A stretch of DNA of 62,758 bases, counting the filler, from Octopus bimaculoides (lineage: Eukaryota): NCBI RefSeq assembly GCF_001194135.2. It is 5 parts of 4 records of this genome, joined end to end, with 100 filler letters (N's around TTAATTAATTAA, not from the genome) between each part and the next. Parts side by side here need not be neighbours in the genome. Positions count along the whole stretch, not along the records: positions 1 to 24,573 come from NC_068984.1; 4 more parts are not named here. The stretch is one strand, 5' to 3'. Below the pieces are notes generated by a model. It made no database searches. It was not told where the DNA came from and worked only from the letters and a program-made list of their open reading frames with translations. The position numbers were made by a program, and so were the translations under genes. Every line of letters begins with the position of its first letter. Positions within the stretch are counted from its first letter, which is position 1. Shown one piece after another: positions 1 to 11,500 of this stretch.

Positions 1-742
1 ACAATACCAGTTTACTGAAATTCCGTGGAAAAATTAGAGCATTTTTATGAAATTTGTATTTGCCAGAAATAGAAGTTTGTTTCAATTTTTTTTTTCAATT
101 GATGATTTTTTAATATTTTTTGCAACCATTGTACCTTTTTATTTTTAACTTCATTACTATTATTTTGTTTGAAAAGGAGCAATTTCCAAGTCAGGGGAAT
201 TAATTATATTACAGGAAAAACAACTAAACTTCAGAATTAATCAAAAACTGAATAAAATGAAGTTTTATGATTTTGGAACTTTTACTTTGAATTTGCAAAA
301 AGAAAAGGAAGGAAAAAAAAAAAAAAACTCGAAACTCCTTTACAATATTTCAATTATCCTCAAAGACTATCTGCTCTGTATTTTGGAAAAAAGAAAATAT
401 TACTACTTCGATTTTTTTGGTTTTGACATCGTCAGTGTGGAAAGATGAAAATTTCTTGCTGCAGTGTTATTTAAAGACATTTATGATATGTGTATATTGT
501 ATATATACACACATATATATTAATTATATGTATATACATAAAGCAATATCTGAAAGGAAGATCTTGGTATAGCAGAACTAAAGAGAAAGAATTGTTCAGA
601 GAAAGTTTTCAACTCGGAATATCTATGAATCGACCAAACTCCCAATTTTCACGACTGGAAGATATTGATGATATTATACAGAATCAGGAGAGAGAGCTGT
701 GAAGCTGTTTGTTGCACTTGGTCTTTTCACTTTTCACTATCA

Positions 743-834
743 AGCTTTCAGTTACTGTACTGTCACCGATGACGGGTCAGCTTTTCCAGAAGAGAAAACG
801 ACCTATGCCAGGGACAGAAACTTGTAACTGAGCT
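743..834 (+). promoter_or_regulatory. CTE-like (constitutive transport element) RNA hairpin in the NXF1 cassette intron
   Basis: Nested stems: UCAGUUAC(748-755)/GUAACUGA(824-831), CUGUC(760-764)/GACAG(813-817), CC/GG, internal loop GAUGAC(768-773)/AUGCCA(805-810), GGGUC(774-778)/GACCU(800-804), UUUUC(782-786)/GAAAA(794-798). The loop and closing pairs resemble the MPMV CTE motif CC-AAUGAC-GGGU ... ACCU-AAGACA-GG as recalled. Confidence 0.75.
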
Positions 835-1518
835 AGAGAGGGACCCAGTTTTTCACTCCTTTCCAACATATTTTTTTATTCCATTAAATTGGTGGAAATG
901 AAAAAGGAACTTTGAAAAATAAACTTCTAAAAATATCACTGGAATCAGGCAGATGAAGATTTTTTATTTATTTATCCTTGATTTTATCTTTAAGTGAAGT
1001 GAAAAACGTATTTATATTTATAAAAAATTTTTTTTTAAACCATTTCTATTTCATAATTTTTCTTTCATATGTGTTTGTGTGTGTGTGGGGGTATGTGTGT
1101 GTGTGGGTGTTGTTTGTAAATAATTATACTATTTGCTTCTGTGCCAATTTTGAATTTTTTTTCTCTCTTTTCTTTGTCATAACAGGGTAGGAAAAATTTT
1201 CTATTCTGTAATAAATCATACCTATTCTTAGATTTGCATTAGATATCTGTTCTAATTGACTGAGCACAATGTATTCAAATTTGTCCCAGCCTCTAGATTT
1301 AGTTTTAAATGTTAAAAAGAATTCTCCTTCAATCACTTCCTTGATATTGATTATATTTGTCGAAAACCTCGGGAATTAATTATATCAGTCATTTACTCCA
1401 CACCAATTTTAATCATGTTTCTTGAGTTTTTTTTTTTTCTCTTCTTTATTCTTTTTAACATGATGGTGATTTTAATTGAAACCTTTCAAATGTTTTATCA
1501 ATTTACTTTTACCTTCAG

Positions 1519-1555
1519 AACTGTAAGAAAGAAATTTCCAAAAGTTTTAAAATTG
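1519..1555 (+). CDS. NXF1: NXF1 37-nt exon (TVRKKFPKVLKL)
   Basis: ttcag| acceptor and |gtaag donor. Size and peptide match the conserved 37-nt exon that follows the NXF1 cassette (retained) intron. Confidence 0.93.
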
Positions 1556-4500
1556 GTAAGCTTTTAGAATTTATCTTACTTTAAAGTGAAAGAGCTCTTT
1601 TGATATGTATGAATCGAGACAAATTTTACGTATGTATCTACTAAACAAAACTTCATTAACTGATCCTATGCAAGCATAATATTTTGTAGGAGTTGTTTGA
1701 GTTAGTCTTTGTGTTAGCCATAATTATTTCCAAGTACTTTCCTACGACACTTTGTCTTCAGTATTTGCTTAAATTTTAATACTTAGATCAGTGATAGTTA
1801 CTCTTTAGATCTCCATCCATTATCTGTTGAAATAAAGTGAATGCCCATGTTCGTTTTCACTGTCTATATAAAATTGCTAATTGGTTTTCATGTTATGAAA
1901 CAGTGGATAGTCTAAGAGCTTCTAAATGTTGCATGTGAAATGCAGAAATTGATACAATCAGGTTGGTCTTGTCTAATTCATTTGAGTTGCATAGCCAGGG
2001 AAATTGTAATGTGTACTTTTAACTGTAGAAATTAAGTCAATTTTTCTGAGCTAAGCCTTGTTACAGTATATATATTACATTTTTATACATTTCTGTGTGT
2101 AATAATCAAATGTAGGCATATACAATATCTTGGCAGACAAATATTAAAAAAGAACGATCAATCCACCCTGCATTCTCTTTAATTGTTCACAGAGACACTA
2201 CTTATAAACCTTCTATTAAGGACTGAAGTAATTCAGATAAACCAATTTGTATACTTAACACATTATTGATAGCTTGTTCAATCAGTGAACAGCCAGTATG
2301 TTTACAGTATTTTGTTTCAATGCACTATACATAGTGAATGTATAGGTTTTAGCCAACACTATGTAGTGAACAATTGAAACAAAGAATTGTTGATATATCA
2401 GTAACTCATTAATTGAACTATACAAATTGGTCTAGTAATAGTGATACATTCATAAGCAGTAGACAGTTGAAGAGGATCTCAGTTGCTAGGGGAGTCACCA
2501 CATGTTCAGCCGATCTCTATGTAGTACATTATAGCATTGAAACGAAACTTAATGCATTAGTACTGTGTTAATTAATCTATAACATTGCTAAGCTTCACTT
2601 TCAGTTGTGGTCACTAGTGTTAGATGTTTTTTTCATCACAATGTATTTTACTGAAGCTTATTTATTGAGTTGGCATTACGTTTCTGAGAGAGTTGTCACT
2701 CATCATTAAATGGGATTATCGGTTTAAGACTGCTCCCAGAATTGGTTTCACTGTGAGTGCATTGTAACATATCCATTATATCCAACCAAAATGGAAATAG
2801 TGATTAGTTGTGGCTTCATCTTGGTTGTTGTTGTCAGGGTTTCAGTTAATGTACTTTCTTTGTAATCCATGGGGTTTGATTGTTCTTAATCCATTGTCCA
2901 TATCAAGAATATTCTCTTAGTTATTCTTCTATTTGTTACTCTGCTGTTTGATGTACTTCATTTTATAGTTTTGACTGACCCAGATATTAAACTCATGCCA
3001 TTACATTTTTATCTCTAATTTATACAATTAGAGATATAAAAGCTTAATGTGTGAGAAACTAACTCAAAGGTAGCTGAAAGAATGAGTATATTCAGGAATG
3101 GTGATGAAGTTAATGAATGAGGTTTTATCCAGATTGTCAGAACTACCACGGAAGGAAATTTTAATTTAGCATTGATGATAAGTTATATTAATGACATTGA
3201 AATCTCTTTGTAGGACTGCCAGGATCTTCCACCACCAATTGTCTTTGACTTGGAATCTGATATTGACCTACCACCTTCAAAAGATAATTACTTCATGAAT
3301 TCTGATGTTCAAAATTTACTGGTTAAATTTTTAAAGCAATATTATTTAATATATGACTCAGATAACAGACAACCATTAATTGATGCTTATCATGATCAGG
3401 TAAATATTATCAATATTTGTACATTGCTCTTTATTTTATCTTTACTTTTGACATAATGAACCAAATTGAGGGGAAAATATGTTCTGTTACAAAACTTGAG
3501 TCTATTTTTACTGAAAGAAAATTTCAGACAAATGATTAGTTTAAAATAAGGCATAGCCAAATAATCCAGGTGTAATGTTTTCAAGCAAATTTTGTAACCA
3601 GAATAGCATTGAGTTCTTGGGCAAGATATTTTTGAAGAACTCCATTTCTCTCTCACCAAAATATCAGGTTACTCTCTTATGAATGACTTGATTCATGCAA
3701 ATATTTGCTTTACTTCACTTGTGTAATTCATGCATGATAAGTACAAAATCATTCTTAAACATTTGTATTGTAATCTATAGTGTATAATTATTGGAATTTC
3801 AAATACAAAATGAAATATAAATATATTGTAAAATCTTAATTTCATAATAAAAGGAGAAGTGAGTTTTGAATTAGATTTTCAATTCAGATGTAATTCTGTT
3901 TGAACTGAAAGTCTTTCAATTCAAATTTCTATTTTTCTGAAATGATTTGAAAGGAAAATTATATTTATATAGAAAAACTAGAGGTAGTCGATAGCTTCCG
4001 CTATCTGGGCGACCAAGTTGGTAGTGGGGGTGGGTGCGCTGAAAGTGTAGCTGCTGGAATGGGAATAGCCTGCGCAAAGTTTAGAGAGCTCTTGCCCCTG
4101 CTGGCGACAAGGAGACTCTCACTCGGAGTGAAGGGCAGACTGTGTGACGCATGCGTATGAGCAGCCATGTTACATGGCAGTGAAACATGGGCTGTAGCTG
4201 CTGAGGACATGCGTGAGCTCGCAAGGAATGAGGCCGGTATGCTCCGTTGGATGTGTAATGTCAATGTGAATACCCGTCAGAGTGTAAGTGTCTTGAGAGA
4301 AAGGCTGAACATTGGAAGCATCAGTTGTGGTGTGCAAGAGAGACAATTGCGCTGGTATGGACATGTGGTGAGAATGGATGAGGATGGCTGCGTGAAGGGG
4401 TGCCACACCTTAACAGTTGAGGGAACCCGTGGAAGAGGTGGGCCCAGGAAGACCTGGGCTGAGGTGGTGAGGCAAGACCTTCGTACATTGGGCCTCACCA

Positions 4501-7500
4501 AGGCGATGACTGCTGACCGAGACCTTTGGAAGTGTGCTGNNNNNNNNNNNNNNNNNNNNNNNNNNNNNNNNNNNNNNNNNNNNNNNNNNNNNNNNNNNNN
4601 NNNNNNNNNNNNNNNNNNNNNNNNNNNNNNNNNNNNNNNNNNNNNNNNNNNNNNNNNNNNNNNNNNNNNNNNNNNNNNNNNNNNNNNNNNNNNNNNNNNN
4701 NNNNNNNNNNNNNNNNNGGCACATAAAAGACACCATTTCGAGCGTGGCCGTTTTCGTGCGGGTGACACGTAAAAGCACCCACTACACTCTCTGAGTGGTT
4801 GGCGTTAGGAAGGGCATCCAGCTGTAGAAACTCTGCCAAATTTAGATTGGAGCCTGGTGTTGCCATCCGGTTTCACCAGTCCTCAGTCAAATCGTCCAAC
4901 CCATGCTAGCATGGAAAGCGGACGTTAAACGATGATGATGATGATGTTCAAATGAAAATTACAGTGAAAAGTTGTGTGAAGTTACAGAAATTAGTTGAGG
5001 TGAAGAGATGAATGAAGTTACAAATATTACTTGATTATTCTCTTGTTCTAAAGGCCAGGCAGTCCAGAAATTTCAAATTCTAGTTTTCATTTTCTATTTC
5101 AAAATAAGACCAAGATTTCCACTGAGAAAAGGAATCTAGAATTTGAAATCCTTTATATTGTAAATTACATGTTTCTTAAGAAAAAAAAATTAAAAAAATT
5201 TTTTCATTTAACTATTTTATTATATTTCTTTTGAAATACATTACCTTTGTTTCATTTAATTTTGAAACCATGAAGAATTTAGTAAAATAACATTGTCCCT
5301 AGTAAGCTGGTATTTGGAACAATTTACCATTTGAAGTAATTTAGATCACTTTCAAACAGGCAGTTTGTATCAAAAGGTGGTCTCAAGCAGTTTGGTGTGA
5401 AGAGTGAAGCTCTATTACGTAGCAATCTGTTAGGATCTTTTTATGACTACTCAAATCTTGATTTCTTACTTCCTTGAACTGTTTGAATTATTAAATATCC
5501 AGTAATTTCTCTTTTTTTATGTAATGTAAAATTCTTAATGTTTTTTTTTACTTGTATTCATCTGAGATCATCAACTTCCATTTCTTTACAGGCTATATTC
5601 TCATTTGCATGTAACTTCAACCGTGCACTTGGCAAGTATGTACATTTTGTTCCTTTTATGAGTAGTTGTGCACATAAATCATTTCTTTGTATATTTATTT
5701 CGGTATTACCTTGGCGTGTGATCTACAATTTAAAGGGAGATTACTTTAGGTTACTTTTTAGTTTATTTTTCAATTTCTAAATTTTTTTAATAAATTCTTT
5801 TGCACATACTTAGCATTGTAAATGTATTTTTTCAAAATTCATACTATTTTAGTAACAATAAAACCATGTTTCATTTATGCCTTAGTGAAGAATAATAAGA
5901 AACCAAGAATAAACAATATAATAATTAAAATAAGTTCATAGATTACACAAGTTTGGCAGCCATGTTCATTATACTCCACCACACTGATGACATGGTGCAA
6001 TATTTCCTTCATTATCTCATCACTGATCACATTGTAAGAGTCTTTAGCCAACATCTTAAGGGTTTTTCAGAAATTGGAAAGTAAACTAAAAAGTAACCTG
6101 AAGTAATCTTCCTTTAAATTGTAGATCACATGCCAAAGTAGCACCTTTATTTGACATGATAATGGCTGTATTAGTTTGTAAAAACTGCAATGTTGACCAT
6201 ATGACACATTGGTCAAAACCAATGACTTGGTCATTTACTTGTACTTACATATTACTCCATAAGGTTACTACGACTAACTTCAGTGTTGTCAATATAATAC
6301 TAACTGGACACTAAACAATGAAAGGTTGGAATTAGTTGCTTCTGAAAATTTTTGTACTGGAATCAATAATGTTTCTTTGTAAATCTGGTGTGTTCTGTAG
6401 GAATGAATTTTTATGGCAATAGTTTACCTTCACCAATACTCTACCATGTTCCATGTTAAAAGTGCATCTATCATATTTGTGACTTTTCTGATTTCTTTCA
6501 GGCAGCCTTCATTGACTGAATACAGCAGTGAAAGTAGGAATCTACTCAAATTAAATGCTGGTAAGTTCTGAATCTCAGTTACTTTATTGAATTTTAGAGA
6601 ATTGTTTTCCTCCTGTTATTTATTATTGATCTAATATTTGTAATCTGTTTTGATTACAGGTCGACGCGATAAACACTTAAAGGTTGGACGGGTTAATGTT
6701 GTTTCACAACTTCGGTTATTGCCAGGAACACAACATGACCTTAATTCATTTCACATTGATGTTCAACACCTATCGGTAAGAATCACCGTTTGTTGACTAA
6801 TCTGTGTAAAAGATGTGTTTATATAAATATCAATCTATACTAACTTCATTTTCTTCGTTACTTTTGAGATAACAGTAAATGCAAAAAACAAAAAAAAAAC
6901 CCATCAAAAACAACATTTTTACTGTCATGACTTTTCTGTTTAATCCTTTAGCATTTAGATTATTCTTTCAAATGTAATGTTTATTTATTCCCATTCCTTT
7001 GAATTAATTTGAGCATTATCTTTTAGCTTCAGGATTTCGATTATGTGATTGTTTATTTTTAGAATGACCTTGTAGGGCAGGTGTGAGAGGCCCTATCTGG
7101 CAACTTTGAACATAAAAGAGGTAGAATAGTTTTGCCAGATATGGCCAGTTTAAATGCTAAAGTGTTAATTATTCAAATTACAAATCAATAATGATCAACA
7201 TTCCTAATACATACTTATCTACAATTAAATAGTATTCTTTAATTGTTTTTCTAATGACATTTTACTTTTTTCTTAATTCCATATCTAAACAATTTAAATT
7301 TTTTCCTTTTCTTTCAGAGAACATTGCTTATTTTCAGTGTTTTTGGAATTTTTAAAGAAAGTAAGTAATTTATCATTACTTGTTTAATAAAGAAAATACT
7401 TAAAATTCCATATTCTTGGTTAGTTTATTTTTTGCTTTGAAATTAGTAAGCTCCACATACTGTCATAATTTAGGAGGGTCAGTATATCAGAAAAATATCC

Positions 7501-8484
7501 AGATAAATTTTTTAGCTGCAAAAGTCTATAAACTACATTCTCTTCATGTAATATGTAAAACTTTTATTATATAAACAAAAATTGATAGAGGAAATTTTAT
7601 TAATTGCTTTTATGTGCCCATATGAGAGGTCTTTTCAAGGTAAATAATGCAGAATTTGGCATTCTAACAAAACATCCATGTTAAGTTGGATATGAAGATT
7701 GCTTTTTGGTATTAATGCTGTTTCAGTTGGTTATAATTATTTATCATTTTTTAAGTGTATGAGAAATTTTGCCTAGTTAGGGATTTAGTGTGAATTTTAA
7801 GTTTTTTTATATTTAGGCTCATTTTTATGTGCTGCTATAATGTAATACTATTTAGTGATTTTGCATTAACCTAATACGAGCATTGTTTTATGTTTTACAG
7901 CAGAATCAAAAGGGGAACCTCCGATTCGTACATTTAGTCGAATGTTTATTACGACCCCACAGCAGGATGGGTAAGTCTAACCTTCATTCAGACAATATAT
8001 CAGATTTTTGACACTCATCTTAGCTAGTTATTAATTAAATTAATTTGAAAATATTTTTATAAACTTATACTGCAAAATATTTCTTAAAACCTAACCTAAC
8101 TTTTTGCTTTCCAAATGATTAGTTGATTCCACATAGCTAAAAGAATTAGTCACTTTTGCCATGAGGTACTTGCTTATATATATATAGATACATACACATG
8201 AATTTAGAGATTTGAGAATCATAGAATTTTTTTTTCTCTGGAAAAAGATAACAATTATTTGAAATTATAATTTAGGGTATCTAAGAGATACCACCACGCT
8301 GGAAATAACAGTCAAAACTTGACTCAAAAACCACGTTGAATGTTCATATAGCACCAGGAGAGAAGACGAAGAGACAAAATAAACTAGCAAAAATTACTGG
8401 ATAATTCCAGATCCCGGATTTCTGGCTCTGCATGAGAAATGCTCTGCCTTCATCAGTGGAATATACTCAGAAAAGCACATAAAT

Positions 8485-8525
<41 letters not shown>

Positions 8526-11500
8526 CAACATACAATATACTTAGATATACGAACGTATACATACATATGTATGCACACGACCAGTTTAAATTGCCTGCCT
8601 AAAAACTCCTCGTGTGATATGGTCAGAATACCACCGCAGTGAATATACTGATGAAATAAATATATAAATTATGTAAATAAGGATAAGATCGATATTTAAA
8701 ATACCGATTTTATCAGGTGGGAATAAAAACCATCAAAGGTAATAAATATTTAAAATTATAATTTAGGGTATCTAATTTTAAATATATATATGCACACATA
8801 CGTATGCACACACATATTTATTTGTTATTTGTATTTATATAATTTCAGTATTGTCATAGTGAATGATATGTTGACAATATCTAATGCCACTTCTGAACAG
8901 AGACAGGTAAATCATGCTATTTTCTTAGATTTTGTTGAGTTTGTCATTTATTCATTGATACATATAAGAATGGATTGTTTTTTTCTGTTTAGAAACTTAT
9001 TTCAATGTTTTATTATTATATTATGTAAATATTAAATAAAAAATATAAAGATAAATTTAATTATGTAGCTTCTTCACCCATCGTCATATTTATGAGGGAA
9101 AGTACCCAAATTTTGTACAGGTGTAAGTTCACATAATTTGAAAATATAGAAATAAAATGAAAAATTAAAAATATGTGGGAGAATAGCTGAATTATGAGAA
9201 TAATGCTGGCCTGTATGCAATTAATAATTTAATTAGTGAAATCACATTATTTATGTAGTAATAATTTACATTGATATTAATTAATTTATGTACATTATAA
9301 TACACAATTATAATCATCAAAACACATTTACATCATCATAATCATTGATAAAGATGATGATAGCTGTGGTCTAGTACAGCATTTTAAAATAGAACTTGAA
9401 CACCTCACTCTACCTCTGTCAGTGTTGTGTGTGTCTGGTCAAAAAGTGGTCATGACATGAAATCGCCATCTGCTGCCATTGGCGGTGGCAGGGAGTCACA
9501 AGAAAGGGTTTGTGGTGGTGAATATGGGTAGGAAAATCTGGTTGATTTTGATAATGAATGGCTTAGTGTGAGTGTGAAAAAATGAGGATTTCTTTATTAC
9601 ATGGAAATCTTAGCATCATATCTGGCTTAGTTTATAAAAGGCAGATGTATTATGTATTTTTGTATCTGTTTTGGCCTGATTTTGCTCTCTATTGGGATAT
9701 CTGACTTTAGAGCTATGTTTTTATTATAATTGTTTAAAGATTTGATTTTATGTATAAAATTATTTTGGCATTCATCTCCTTCTAAAAATTCACATGGTTG
9801 ATTTTCCTCCTGAGGTGATAAAACTGGTATCAGTAACATTACAGGAGTGAATTCTATCAGCAACTCAATGCTTTTTCTATTTTGGACTGTTGATGCCATC
9901 TTTGGTGTTTGTACATTTACTTTATCAAGTCTAGTTTACAAATTTCTTTATATGCAATATGAGAGGACTTGAAAATGGCCAGAGATTAAACTGTTAATCC
10001 TCTGAGCCCTTAAATTTATTTAGCTGTTTGGTGTCATGAGAACTGATCTGGCCTTAAATGCTCAACAATAATTCATTTCAAATTTAAACTTCATCCTTTA
10101 CTCTCTAAAAATTGTCCTTACTCAAAATAAATAATTTTTATTATCTTTATTTTTAAGTCTGCCTTCAAGACACCTGCACCAACACCTTCATCCAGTCCAA
10201 CACAAGGAGGGTCTGCTTTGGCTGAAACTGTCAATACACCTCCTGCTCCTCTCACTCTCCCAAATGCCACAGCTGTGTGCAATGTATCATTAACAGAAAT
10301 CCAGAAAGAAATGGTGTCACAGTTTTCAGCCCAGTCAGAAATGAATGCTGAATATTCATTGGAGTGCCTACAACAAAACAATTGGGAATATGAGAAGGCT
10401 GCACAAGTTTTCCTCAACCTCAAGGTAAATTTTAATTCAGAATGTTTGCTCATTAAGTATTTTGTTTAATTATTGGTTCAGATGCATTTCTAGCTTGGTT
10501 TCTTTGGTTATCCTGATAACAGATATAGCATGTTTATAGTGGATGAGTAAATTAACTATTAATTACTCTTTAATTGTTGGCATTGGAAGTTTTGTTTATG
10601 TTTGGACTGTATGCTTGGTGTGGTATCAGTTTGATTCCTTCAAGTTCCTGGAGTTACTCTGGGTTGTTTGAGCAGTATGAAGTCTTGTGTTGTTGTCTTG
10701 CAGCAGAAGAGCTAGCTTTCTGTTTACCAATATCTGATATTTTTGTTACACAATGGCAAACATCTGCTCCAGCTGTTCAGAGTACAAGTTGGCTTGACAA
10801 TCTGGAACAAACTCTTGAATTTATCCCCTTGCAATTCCATCAGACACAGAGTATCACCTTCTGTTTGAAATGCCTTTGTTTGGCAACAGTTTCCAGTAGC
10901 TTGTTCTTGTTTAACCACTACTGTTTATGCACGACTAGATTATGGAAAAATATCTCTTGGATTATTACTTTTTCCGATCCATGGTTCACTTCCTGCACTC
11001 ACGATGCTTCATTAACCAAGAAGAGTGGAAGTTTTGGTGAGAGAGTTCTTTGCCTTGAGAGATAAGAACTGATATCAGTGTAGGATCAAAGAACTTCTAG
11101 GAAGATGGCTTCAGATGGTGTAACATGCTTGCCTCTACTTTGAATGCTAGGCTGCTTTTGTTGTAACTTGATGAATAACACAAATTAGTTACTGAAATAT
11201 TGCTAACTTTTGACTTGATACAGTATTAATCAATTACGAAAATACCTTGACTTTAGTGAAATTCTGGCTTTTAGATAAAGTGAATAGTGAAGTAATATTC
11301 CTTTGGGAAAGCATCAATGGCTGGATATGGTAGTAGCACATATTTCAGTTTGCATAGTAATTGCCGTTGTGAAAAGTGCATACATGACCTGGTCCTTAGA
11401 ACAATTAAAAGCTTGTGACATTGTAAGAAACCAGTATTAAGTTCTTAAATTTGTTTAGTTTTACTCACATTTCATGTTTTCTTTATATTTCAGACAAATG

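Noticed and set aside
5980-6060. Intronic C/D-box snoRNA (UGAUGA...CUGA), also near 3100
   Set aside because: Box spacing is too short or lacks terminal stems, and no guide complementarity was recognised.
9627-9899. 90-aa minus-strand ORF in an NXF1 intron
   Set aside because: No recognisable motif or splice structure; likely chance or a decayed repeat.
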